NCBI GenBank assembly: GCA_963754315.1
Contig: CAVWFS010000001.1
Coordinates: forward strand, 1 to 64,000
Source of the DNA: an uncultured Candidatus Rokubacteria bacterium
GTDB lineage: Bacteria > Methylomirabilota > Methylomirabilia > Rokubacteriales > CSP1-6
Length of the DNA: 64,000 nucleotides
Direction of reading: 5' to 3'
The notes below the pieces were generated by a model that saw only the letters and a program-made list of their open reading frames with translations, ran no database searches and had not been told where the DNA came from. Positions 19,649 through 28,550 of this stretch are shown here, piece by piece; position 1 is the stretch's first letter, and the number at the start of each line of letters is the position of its first letter. The translations under genes and the position numbers were made by a program.

Positions 19649-21005
19649 AGGGACCAGCCCGACATCGCTCAGCGATGTCGGGCGCCGCCTTCGCGACCAA
19701 GGCGTGAAGTACGGCCTGGCCACCTATGTGGACCTGCATGGCATCCCCAAGGCCAAGGCGGTTCCCATCAACCACCTCGCCAGCATGCTCAGGGCGTCCG
19801 AGATGTTCACGGGAGCCGCTCTCGACGGCGTTCCGCAGGCGGTGAACGACGACGAGGTGGCGGCGCTTCCGGATCCGTCTTCCCCGACCGTGCTGCCCTG
19901 GAACCCGCAGGTGGCCTGGTTCGCCAGCGATCTCATGTTGCACGGCCGCCCCTTCGAAGCGTGCAGCCGCGGCATCCTCAAACGCGCGCTGGCCGGGGCG
20001 GCCGCCATGGGCTTGCGGTTCCACCTGGGCGTGGAAACGGAGTTCTGTGTGTTCAAGGATGAAGGGGAAGGGGGTTTCGCCCCGGTGAGCGAGCGTGACC
20101 GACTGGACAAGCCGGCCTACGACGTGCGAACCCTGCTCGACTACTATCCCGTGATCGACGAGATCGTGACTGCCATGAACGGCCTCGGCTGGGACGTGTT
20201 CTCCTTCGACCACGAGGATGCACCCGGGCAGTTCGAGACAGACTTCGCCTATGCCGACGCTCTCGCCATGGCGGACCGTCTTACCTTCTTCCGATTCATG
20301 GTGCACGAGATCGCGCGCCGGCACGGGTTCTTCGCATCCTTCATGCCGAAACCCCGGGCCGACCGCACGGGCAGTGGCGCCCACTTCAACATGTCCCTGG
20401 CTGACCTCGCGACCGGTCAGAACCTCTTCGTTGACCCTGACGATCCGCGCGGGTGCGGGCTCGCCAAGCTTGGCTATCAGTTTATCGCCGGCATCCTCCG
20501 CCATGCTCCGGCGATCTGCGCGGTCGCAGCGCCTCTGGTCAATAGCTACAAGCGCCTGGTGCTGAAGGGGAGCATGTCGGGCTTCACGTGGGCGCCCGTG
20601 TACATCTGCTACGGCGGGAACAATCGGACGAACATGCTGCGTATCCCCATGGGGGGTGGTCGCGTGGAGTGCCGGGCGCCCGACATCGCGTGCAACCCGT
20701 ACCTGGCGGCGGCCATGTTTGTCAGCGCCGGGCTGGAGGGCATCCGCCAGGGCCTCGACCCGGGCCCGCCGCACATGGAGAACATGTACGAGTACACTGA
20801 AGCGGACCTCCGCGCGCGCGGCATCGACGTCCTGCCGCGCACGCTGTTGCATGCCATTGAGGCCTTCGCGGCTGACCCGCTCTCTCGCGACGTGTTCGGG
20901 GACCTGATGTTCCGGACCTTCGTGGATTTCAAGACGCGCGAGTGGACCGAGTATCACAATCACGTGTCTGATTGGGAGCGGGCGCGGTATCTGAAGATGT
21001 TTTGA
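19638..21005 (+). CDS. Glutamine synthetase-family ligase of GlnT / gamma-glutamylmethylamide synthetase type
   Basis: DHEDAPGQFE, FMPKP..GSGAH, NSYKRL, NNRTNMLR, NPYLA; start uncertain. Confidence 0.8.
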   Translation: MSCEGTSPTSLSDVGRRLRDQGVKYGLATYVDLHGIPKAKAVPINHLASMLRASEMFTGAALDGVPQAVNDDEVAALPDPSSPTVLPWNPQVAWFASDLMLHGRPFEACSRGILKRALAGAAAMGLRFHLGVETEFCVFKDEGEGGFAPVSERDRLDKPAYDVRTLLDYYPVIDEIVTAMNGLGWDVFSFDHEDAPGQFETDFAYADALAMADRLTFFRFMVHEIARRHGFFASFMPKPRADRTGSGAHFNMSLADLATGQNLFVDPDDPRGCGLAKLGYQFIAGILRHAPAICAVAAPLVNSYKRLVLKGSMSGFTWAPVYICYGGNNRTNMLRIPMGGGRVECRAPDIACNPYLAAAMFVSAGLEGIRQGLDPGPPHMENMYEYTEADLRARGIDVLPRTLLHAIEAFAADPLSRDVFGDLMFRTFVDFKTREWTEYHNHVSDWERARYLKMF

Positions 21006-21047
21006 GTCAGACGGGACCCGCCCGCGCTCCGGGCCGGGAGTGACGGA

Positions 21048-23828
21048 TCAGCCGGCCCCCTTGCCGCCGAGCTTGGGGAGCATGTCCGCCAGGAACTTGC
21101 CTGTGTATGATCCCGGCGTCTGGGCAACCACCTCCGGTGGTCCTTCTGCCACGATGTCGCCGCCGCCCTCGCCACCCTCCGGACCCAGATCCACCACCCA
21201 GTCGGCGCACTTGATGACGTCGAGATGGTGCTCGACCACGAGCACGGTGTTGCCCGCATCGACCAGACGGTTGAGGACTCCCAGCAGTCTCTTGACGTCG
21301 TCAAAATGAAGGCCTGTGGTCGGCTCATCGAGGATATAAAGCATGTCGCTGGCCGTACGGGCTCCTAGCTCGGCCGCAATCTTCAGCCGCTGTGCTTCGC
21401 CGCCCGAGAGAGTGGTAGCGGGCTGGCCGAGGCGCAGATAGCCGAGGCCGACGTCCTGCAGGACCCGCAGTCGCCGGGCCAAGCTCATCTGCCCTGCGAA
21501 GAAGTCCGCGGCTTCATCCACGGTCGTGGCCAGCACGTCGGCAATGTTGCGTCCCCGCAGCTTCACGGTCAGCACATCCGGCCGGTAGCGCCGCCCCTCG
21601 CACTCCTGGCAGGTGACGTACACGTCCTCGAACACGTACATCTCGAGCTTCTGGAACCCGTCGCCTTCACACGCCTCGCACCGCCCACCGGGCACGTTGA
21701 ACGAGAAGGCCCCGACCTCGAGCCCGAGAGTACGCGCGCGCGGCACGGCCGCGTAGAGCTTCCTCACCTCGTCGAAGGCCTTGATGTACGTGATGGGATT
21801 GGAGCGCGGGGTCCGGCCGATGGGCTCCTGGTCGATGAGGCGGACGCCCTTGAGGTGCTCGAGGCCGACGAGAGCCTCGTAGGCGCCCGGCACCGCGAAC
21901 TCCGTCCGGAAGGCGCGGGCCACCGCTCGGTAGAGGGTCTGGTGCACGAGGGTTGACTTCCCCGAGCCCGACACTCCAGTCACGGCGGTGAGGGTGTGCA
22001 GGGGGACCCGCATGGTCGCACCCTTGAGGTTGTGCTCGCGGGCGCCAAGCAGGACGAGCTGACGCCGGCCGCTGCGGCGGGCGGGGGGGACAGGGATGGA
22101 CTCACGCCCCATCAGATAGCGGGCGGTGAGCGAGCGTGTGGTCTTCGCAAATTCCGCCCGGTTCCCGCTGAAGACGAGCTCGCCCCCGCGTTCGCCCGAG
22201 CCTGGTCCCAGCTCCACGATGTGATCGGCGGCATCGATGAAGGTGCGGTCGTGCTCCACCACGATCACCGTGTTGCCGGCCTGAGCGAGCTCACGACAGA
22301 GGTCGACGAGACGGCCAGTGTCGCGCGCGTGCAGCCCGATGGACGGTTCGTCCAGAACGTAGAGGGTACCCACGAGCTGTGAGCCCAGCTGGTTGGCCAG
22401 GTTGATACGTTGGGCCTCGCCACCCGAGAGGGTCCGCGCCTGGCGGGCCAAGGTCAAGTACCCGAGCCCGACCCGTTGCAGGAAGGAGAGCTTGGCCGTG
22501 AGCTGCTTGAGAATCTCTCGAGCCACCTCGGCTTCGCGGGGGCTCAAGGGCAACTCCCGCAACACACGGGCCGCCTCCTCGATCGTGAGGCCGCAGAAGT
22601 CGGCGATGTTCCGGTCAGCCACCCGTACGGCCAGCGCGGCCGACTTGAGCCGTGCCCCCGCACAGGTCGGGCAGGGCGACTGGCTGCGATAGCGCGACAG
22701 AAGCACCCGAACGTGCAGCTTGTAGCGGTAGGATTCGAGCTCCTCGAAGAAGCCCCGGATGCCCGGGAACCGTCCCCCATCGCCTTCATAGACAAGCGTG
22801 CGCTGGGCGGCCGTCAGCTCCTGGTAGGGCTGGTCGGGATCGAGACCGTGTCGCCGCGCAGCCTTGAGCAGTTCGCGCTGGTACCACCGGCCGGACGCAT
22901 GCGTCCACGGTTCCACGGCGCCGTCGGCGAGCGAGCGGGTGGCATCGGGTACCACACGCGCTTCGTCGTAGCGCAGCAGGTTACCGAACCCCTTGCACTC
23001 GGGACAGGCACCGAGCGGGTGATTGAAGGAAAAGAGAAGGGGCTGGGGGCGTTCGAGATCGACGGCACACCTCGCGCAGCGCACACCCTCGCTGAAGACC
23101 AGGGGGCGCCCGCCGCCGATGTCCACTTCGACGGAGCCGCCACCCTCGCGAAGGGCGGTCTCGATCGACTCGGCCAGGCGACTCTGCATTCGCTCGTCGA
23201 TCACCACGCGATCGAGAATCACTGCGATGTCGAGGGCCTCGAGTCGACCGGGGGGGGCGGCCAGATCAATGATCTCGTTGTTGACGCGCACCCGCGCGAA
23301 GCCGCGTCGGGCGAGGGACGCCCAGAGCTCGGCGGCTGGCGTGCCGGCGGGAACGGGGATGCGAAAGGCGATGAGGGCGCGGGCGCCCCGGTGGGCGGCC
23401 AGCAGGGTCGGCACGATGCTCTCTGCGGAGTGAGCGGTCGCCGGCGAACCACAGCGTGGGCAGTGCAGCCGGCCGATCTTGGCGTAGAGCAGCCGCAGGT
23501 AGTCCGAAATCTCGGTAGCGGTCCCCACCGTGGAGCGCGCGGTGCGCACGGGGTTCTTCTGCTCCAGGGCCACCGCGGGTCGAATCCGTTCGATCCGGTC
23601 GACCTCGGGCCGGTCCACGCGGTCGAGAAACATGCGCGCGTAGGCACTGAGCGACTCCACGTACCGCCACTGCCCCTCCGCAAAGATCGTGTCGAAGGCC
23701 AGTGACGACTTCCCGGAGCCCGAGACGCCGGTGACCACCGTGAGGTGATCGTGGGGGATCTCGAGCGTGATGTTCTTGAGGTTGTTCTGGCGGGCTCCCT
23801 CGATGCGAAGCCCAGGGGCGACGACCAT
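21048..23828 (-). CDS. uvrA: Excinuclease ABC subunit A (UvrA family)
   Basis: Two ABC modules (GVSGSGKS twice, LSGGEAQR twice) and CxxC zinc fingers. Confidence 0.92.
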   Translation of the reverse strand: MVVAPGLRIEGARQNNLKNITLEIPHDHLTVVTGVSGSGKSSLAFDTIFAEGQWRYVESLSAYARMFLDRVDRPEVDRIERIRPAVALEQKNPVRTARSTVGTATEISDYLRLLYAKIGRLHCPRCGSPATAHSAESIVPTLLAAHRGARALIAFRIPVPAGTPAAELWASLARRGFARVRVNNEIIDLAAPPGRLEALDIAVILDRVVIDERMQSRLAESIETALREGGGSVEVDIGGGRPLVFSEGVRCARCAVDLERPQPLLFSFNHPLGACPECKGFGNLLRYDEARVVPDATRSLADGAVEPWTHASGRWYQRELLKAARRHGLDPDQPYQELTAAQRTLVYEGDGGRFPGIRGFFEELESYRYKLHVRVLLSRYRSQSPCPTCAGARLKSAALAVRVADRNIADFCGLTIEEAARVLRELPLSPREAEVAREILKQLTAKLSFLQRVGLGYLTLARQARTLSGGEAQRINLANQLGSQLVGTLYVLDEPSIGLHARDTGRLVDLCRELAQAGNTVIVVEHDRTFIDAADHIVELGPGSGERGGELVFSGNRAEFAKTTRSLTARYLMGRESIPVPPARRSGRRQLVLLGAREHNLKGATMRVPLHTLTAVTGVSGSGKSTLVHQTLYRAVARAFRTEFAVPGAYEALVGLEHLKGVRLIDQEPIGRTPRSNPITYIKAFDEVRKLYAAVPRARTLGLEVGAFSFNVPGGRCEACEGDGFQKLEMYVFEDVYVTCQECEGRRYRPDVLTVKLRGRNIADVLATTVDEAADFFAGQMSLARRLRVLQDVGLGYLRLGQPATTLSGGEAQRLKIAAELGARTASDMLYILDEPTTGLHFDDVKRLLGVLNRLVDAGNTVLVVEHHLDVIKCADWVVDLGPEGGEGGGDIVAEGPPEVVAQTPGSYTGKFLADMLPKLGGKGAG

Positions 23829-23891
23829 TCCTCATCCTCCAACCTCTGGATGGTACTGGAGGGCGGACGCCGGCGCTACTCGAGGGCCCGC

Positions 23892-23952
23892 TTGACCTCT
23901 CGGCCGCCAGCGGGATACCATGCCGCCAGGTCTTTTTGAGAATTATTCCTAA
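23892..23952 (+). promoter_or_regulatory. Putative sigma70 promoter plus Fur/PerR-like operator upstream of rubrerythrin
   Basis: TTGACC-18 bp-TACCAT followed by AT-rich imperfect palindrome TTGAGAAT-T-ATTCCTAA (23936-23952). Confidence 0.55.
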
Positions 23953-24060
23953 GAATAGTCGTGCCCCGGTGCCGGCGGCGGCCGGGGAATTCTTGCGTGC
24001 GCGAACTGCGGCTCGCTGACGCGGCGTTTCAACCGTCACCCATCAAAGGAGGTATCGCCC

Positions 24061-24510
24061 ATGGCCAGTAAGAGTCTGAAGGGCAGCAGGAGTCTCGACA
24101 ACCTCAAGGAGGCTTTTGCTCGTGAATCGCAGGCCAATCGCCGCTATCTGTACTTCGCGCGGGTCGCCGACATCGAGGGCTTCCCCGACATCGCGGGTCT
24201 GTTCAAAGATACGGCCGACGCGGAAACCGGTCACGCCTTTGGCCACCTCGATTTTCTCAAGGAGGTTGGTGATCCGGCAACAGGGGAGCCGATCGGGAAG
24301 AGCGAGCTCAACCTGAAGGCGGCCGTGGCCGGAGAAACGTACGAGTACACCCAGATGTATCCCGGTATGGCCAAGACGGCGCGCGACGAAGGCTTCGCCG
24401 AGCTGGCCGAGTGGTTCGAGACCTTGGCCAAGGCTGAGAAGTCGCACGCGGGCCGCTTCGGCAAGGGCTTGAACCAGATCGCGGGGAAGGATCCGGCGGA
24501 AGCGATTTGA
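24061..24510 (+). CDS. Rubrerythrin (short form without rubredoxin domain)
   Basis: [47 protein letters not shown]. Confidence 0.92.
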   Translation: MASKSLKGSRSLDNLKEAFARESQANRRYLYFARVADIEGFPDIAGLFKDTADAETGHAFGHLDFLKEVGDPATGEPIGKSELNLKAAVAGETYEYTQMYPGMAKTARDEGFAELAEWFETLAKAEKSHAGRFGKGLNQIAGKDPAEAI

Positions 24511-24613
24511 ACTCGGAGGGGCCCGAGGGCCCCCCCTACGGGACCCGGAGGGCCCGGGGGACGTGTGACGGCCCTCGAGGGCGCCTGAACACCTGGGGCC
24601 TCGAAGGCTGAGC

Positions 24614-24686
24614 AAGGTCGATCAGGAGCTCCGTCGCGTGTACGATACCTGTGGGGCTGCCGGCTCAATGGAAACTCTGCGACAAC
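24614..24686 (+). pseudogene. Relic of an Fe-S oxidoreductase N-terminus
   Basis: [13 protein letters not shown] then, with two shifts, GCRL.WKLCD (CxxCxxCxxxC-like), located between rubrerythrin and DUF3501. Confidence 0.5.
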
Positions 24687-24793
24687 CACTGTCCCGATAC
24701 GGCGCCCCATCGCTGGGAAAAGTAGACTTCCCGAGCCTCATACTGACGGGCAGCTCACAAGGGAGTTCCCGAGACCGGAATCGACGACACGCC

Positions 24794-25375
24794 ATGAAGC
24801 CGCTTGTCCCCCACGAGATCCTCAACCTCTACGAGTATGAGCGAGTGCGGGAAGCCCGCCGCCAGGCCGTGATCGACCTGAAGCGGATCCGACGTGTGCA
24901 GGTTGGGCGCTATCTCTCCTTCGTCTTCGAGAACCGCGAGACTGTGTGGTTTCAGATCCAGGAGATGTGCCGCGCCGAACGCATTGTGGACGATGCCAAG
25001 GTTGCCGAGGAAGTCGAGGTCTTCAACACGCTGCTGCCGGCGTCCGGCGAGTTAGCCGCCACCATGCTCATCGAGATCGAGGACTCGGCCCAGATCAAGC
25101 CGGTGCTGGATAAGCTGCTCGGGATCGATAGTCGGGACTATGTGCGCCTGGAAGTTGGCCCGCATACCATTCTCGGCCGCTTCGAGGCTGGGCACTCCGA
25201 CGAGGAGAAGGGCAAGATCAGCGCCGTGCATTTCGTGCGGTTTCCCCTCCCTCCGGATGCCTGCCGGGAATTCGAGCGGATGGAAGTGGCACTCGTGGTG
25301 GCCCATCCGAACGAGCATGCCCGGATGATTCTCCCGCCGGAGACGAAGCGCAACTTGGCCCAGGATCTGGCGTGA
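24794..25375 (+). CDS. DUF3501 family protein
   Basis: FENRETVWFQIQEM.RAE, ATMLIE, SAVHFVRF; rubrerythrin neighbourhood. Confidence 0.85.
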   Translation: MKPLVPHEILNLYEYERVREARRQAVIDLKRIRRVQVGRYLSFVFENRETVWFQIQEMCRAERIVDDAKVAEEVEVFNTLLPASGELAATMLIEIEDSAQIKPVLDKLLGIDSRDYVRLEVGPHTILGRFEAGHSDEEKGKISAVHFVRFPLPPDACREFERMEVALVVAHPNEHARMILPPETKRNLAQDLA

Positions 25376-25692
25376 CCCGCGGGCGATGGCTCGTGATCGT
25401 TGTCGCGCTCGTGGGCGCCGGCTGCGGGGAGTCACCGAAATCGGCCGACCCGCTCGCCGACCGGGGGCGCTTGATCTTCGTCGCCCAGTGCACCCAATGC
25501 CACGCAACTGATCCGTCACAGACAGGCCCGGTCGGCCCGCCAGTCAAGGGAGCGTCGGTGGCGCTTCTGGAGGCCAAGATCGTACGGGGTGAGTATCCCC
25601 CGGCCTATACCCCTAAGCGGCCAACCAAGGTCATGCCCCCGACGCCCGCCTTGGCCTCGGAGATTCCCGCTCTCGCCGCCTACCTTCGCTGA
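25372..25692 (+). CDS. Small c-type cytochrome, likely lipoprotein
   Basis: Signal ending GAGC, CTQCH heme motif, distal Met (VMP). Confidence 0.85.
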   Translation: MTRGRWLVIVVALVGAGCGESPKSADPLADRGRLIFVAQCTQCHATDPSQTGPVGPPVKGASVALLEAKIVRGEYPPAYTPKRPTKVMPPTPALASEIPALAAYLR

Positions 25693-25785
25693 GCCTTGGG
25701 GTATCGGCCGGGTGGCCCGAAGGCTGCACGTGCTGGCTCGCGCAAACCACCCGGGCCCCCGGCCCATCAGTGGGAAGACACCGGG

Positions 25786-26526
25786 TTAGAGGATGACGTC
25801 AAGCACCACGTAGAGGATTGCCGTCAGGACGAAGCCTGCCCAGAATGTCCCCTTGAGGGTGCTGAGCATCTTCTTTCCCCCGCTGGCCTTGTCGGGCGTG
25901 GCCGGGCCGACCAACGCGTTGATCTCGGCGACGCCCATGACGATCACGAGCAGGATAAGCGCCGCCCAGCCCTGTCCAGCCGAAACTGGGCCCGATGACA
26001 TCGTCAAGTGAGACGCGGCGCCCATGAAGAACAGCATTGGGATCGACAGCATGGTGTTGGTCCGTGAGGTCACGCCTCCCCGGGCACCTCGCGCGGCCGC
26101 CTCCGGGATCGCCTTGCCGCCGCGCGCCACCTCGGCCGCCGAGGCCATGACGATCTGCTGGGCGGGCCAGATGATGAACCACACGTTGAACCACATGAGG
26201 CTACCGAGCATGCCGCCGAAGAAGATCTTCCAGCCGTAGTCCGTGGCGAAGAACCCGGCGAAACCTCCGTACTTGGCGAAGATGACGTGCAGCAGATAGA
26301 GCCAACCGGTGATGAGGGTGAACATGGCCCCCCAGCGAAACCACCAGAGCGCGCTTGCCAAGAGGCCGCCGGTGATGATCCCGCTGCGGACGGGCGCTTC
26401 TGCCTTGGCGAAGAACGGGGTTTGCACGAAGTTGAAGTAGTACAGCATCCCTATCCAGGTGATACCCGCGAGAAAGTGAAACCACCGCAGCAGAAAGAGC
26501 CAGCCATCTCCGCTGAACAAAGCCAT
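25786..26526 (-). CDS. Membrane protein, urate oxidase N-terminal (PuuD-like) family
   Basis: RWFHFLAGITWIG..YYFN, MWFNVWFIIWPAQ, SRTNTMLSIPMLF. Confidence 0.75.
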   Translation of the reverse strand: MALFSGDGWLFLLRWFHFLAGITWIGMLYYFNFVQTPFFAKAEAPVRSGIITGGLLASALWWFRWGAMFTLITGWLYLLHVIFAKYGGFAGFFATDYGWKIFFGGMLGSLMWFNVWFIIWPAQQIVMASAAEVARGGKAIPEAAARGARGGVTSRTNTMLSIPMLFFMGAASHLTMSSGPVSAGQGWAALILLVIVMGVAEINALVGPATPDKASGGKKMLSTLKGTFWAGFVLTAILYVVLDVIL

Positions 26527-26564
26527 GGTTTATCGCCTCCTGGGCGCGAGCCACCTACTCGCTT

Positions 26565-26825
26565 TCATCTTCGGGGTCGTCGTCGTCGAGATCCTCCCCC
26601 CTCCTCCTCGTCTAGGTCGTCGATCTCCTCGTCGTCGTCCTCCTCCTCCTCGAAGTCGTCCTCATCGAAGTCGTCGTCGTAGTCATCATCATCGTCGTCA
26701 TCGATCTCCTCGTCCTCCTCCTCGATGTCCTCTTCGTCGTCGTCATCTTCATCCTCGTCAGCGTCATCGGGAGGTTGACTGAGGAGAACAGGGTCGTCGT
26801 ACCAAGGATGTGCTCGAAGCTGCAT
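26565..26825 (-). CDS. Small, extremely acidic disordered protein with Arg-rich tail
   Basis: GGAGG RBS before ATG; over half of 86 residues are D/E; ends SRRRRPRR. Confidence 0.65.
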   Translation of the reverse strand: MQLRAHPWYDDPVLLSQPPDDADEDEDDDDEEDIEEEDEEIDDDDDDDYDDDFDEDDFEEEEDDDEEIDDLDEEEGGGSRRRRPRR

Positions 26826-27023
26826 CTGACGGTTCCTCCGAGCCGGTGCCCGGCCTGGGGTGAAGTAGCAGGAATCTCAGCTGCCGAGATCCCGGCGAAG
26901 TATAGCAAACCTCGTCCGAAAGTGGCCGGACACTTCCTAACTTCGCTCACGGCTGTCCGTTCCTGCGGCGGCGGTATGGGCCTAAGTGGCTCGCCATCGA
27001 AGAAAGTGGCCCCATTGCAAGGT

Positions 27024-27038
27024 TGGTACAGGCTTTGC
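27024..27038 (+). promoter_or_regulatory. Putative sigma54 (-24/-12) promoter
   Basis: TGGTACAGGCTTTGC; GG and GC correctly spaced, one mismatch to TGGCAC-N5-TTGC. Confidence 0.5.
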
Positions 27039-27058
27039 GAGCTACCGTTCAGGCTATT

Positions 27059-27472
27059 GTGAGAACTCCTACAACGTTGTTGGCCAGTCTCTACCGCCAA
27101 GGGGCCGCGCTGCGTGTACGTGGCGACCGCCTCGGAGTGACCGCCCCGGACGGCGTCTTGACGGCAGATGTCCAGTCTGCCCTCAAGGCCCACAAGCTGC
27201 AGCTTCTGGAGCTTGTAGCGTTGGCCGGGGAGTACCAGAAGCTCCTCCGAGATGCCTTTACCCTGCTCCTACGCCCCGATGGCCCCTCCGATGAGGAGTG
27301 TGAGAGCTTTCTCGAGGAACAGGCGCGGGCCATGGACGAACTGGGGCCAGAGCTGGCAGGAATTATCTACGTCGTCACCGCGCGGGAGTGGCGCAAGGAG
27401 ACGGGCGTGTGTCCGTGGTGCGACGATGCCGGGGAGTGCCACGAGCCGAGAGATCCCGCGTCGACCCGCTGA
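27059..27472 (+). CDS. Hypothetical protein, TubC N-terminal-like domain plus C-terminal CPWC..CH motif
   Basis: LLASLYRQGAALRVRGDRLGVTAPDGVLT..LKAHKLQLL pattern. Confidence 0.55.
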   Translation: MRTPTTLLASLYRQGAALRVRGDRLGVTAPDGVLTADVQSALKAHKLQLLELVALAGEYQKLLRDAFTLLLRPDGPSDEECESFLEEQARAMDELGPELAGIIYVVTAREWRKETGVCPWCDDAGECHEPRDPASTR

Positions 27473-27495
27473 CAGACAGCCAGACCCGGTGGGGG

Positions 27496-27570
27496 TGGTG
27501 GCGGTGGGAGGAATTGAACCTCCGACACGGGGCTTATGAGACCCCTGCTCTGCCGCTGAGCTACACCGCC
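27496..27570 (-). tRNA. tRNA-Met (CAT), elongator type
   Basis: GGCGGTGTAGCTCAG...CTCATAA...GGTTCAATTCC...CACCGCCACCA cloverleaf with paired G1-C72 and encoded CCA. Confidence 0.93.
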
Positions 27571-27760
27571 CAGGCTTGGAAGATCAGAAGCGTGCGAGAG
27601 CGATTCTACCCCGAGATCGTTCACCGCGCCCCCGGCTGCGCCCAGGCGTGTCTGTTCTCCACCACCGTCATTTCTTCCGATGGGTGCTACACTTTTGGAT
27701 CATGGATCCAGCACGCTCGGACATCTTCCACACCCGCCTCGCCTCGCAAAGGGTGGCTCC

Positions 27761-28543
27761 GTGAGCGATATCCTCGTCGAGCGCGACGGGCCCATCGCCA
27801 CCGTCGTGTTCAACCGGCCGAAGCTGCGCAATGCTATCAGCGTCGCCATGTGGACGGAGATCGCGCGGGTGAGTCGAGCTCTGGCTGAAGACGACACGGT
27901 GCGGGCGGTGGTGTATCGAGGGGCGGGTCGGCAAGCGTTTGCGTCTGGGGCCGACATCTCTGAGTTCCAGGAGCACCGCCGGGACACCGAGACTGCCCTT
28001 CACTATGGAGCCCAGACCGAAGCGGCCTACGTGGCCATCCGCGACTGCCCTAAGCCCACGGTGGCAATGGTCTTCGGCTACTGCATGGGCGGCGCGATGG
28101 CGGTGGCCATGGCCTGCGACATGCGGTTCGCAGCGGAAGGGTCGAAGTTCGGCATTCCCGCTGCCCGCCTCAATATCATCTACGGCGTCGACGCGGTCGG
28201 TCAGCTGGTGGATCTCGTCGGTCCCGCCTATGCGAAGGACATCCTGTACTCGGCCCGGACCGTGGGAGACCGGGAGGCGCTGGCCATCGGCTTGATCCAG
28301 CGGCTGCTCCCGCCGGACGAACTGGAACACTACACGGGTGCATATTTGAGAACGGTGGCCGATAATGCGCCGCTCTCGGTGCGAGGTGCCAAGAGTACTG
28401 TCCAGCTGTACTTAGAGGGGCTCGACGAACCACGCCGCGAGCGACTTCGTGCCCTGGCTCTCGAGGCGTTCGAGAGCCAGGACTACAAGGAAGGCACCCG
28501 GGCGTTTCTCGAGAAACGTCCGCCCCGCTTCCAGGGCCGGTAG
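27761..28543 (+). CDS. Enoyl-CoA hydratase/isomerase family protein
   Basis: FNRPKLRNA, FASGADISE, GYCMGG, EGTRAFLEKRPPRF. Confidence 0.9.
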   Translation: MSDILVERDGPIATVVFNRPKLRNAISVAMWTEIARVSRALAEDDTVRAVVYRGAGRQAFASGADISEFQEHRRDTETALHYGAQTEAAYVAIRDCPKPTVAMVFGYCMGGAMAVAMACDMRFAAEGSKFGIPAARLNIIYGVDAVGQLVDLVGPAYAKDILYSARTVGDREALAIGLIQRLLPPDELEHYTGAYLRTVADNAPLSVRGAKSTVQLYLEGLDEPRRERLRALALEAFESQDYKEGTRAFLEKRPPRFQGR

Positions 28544-28550
28544 CCGACGA

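Noticed and set aside
27496..27570. tRNA-Ile2 or initiator tRNA
   Set aside because: The paired first base pair argues against initiator, and the GGCGG acceptor stem fits elongator Met better than Ile2 (not fully excluded)
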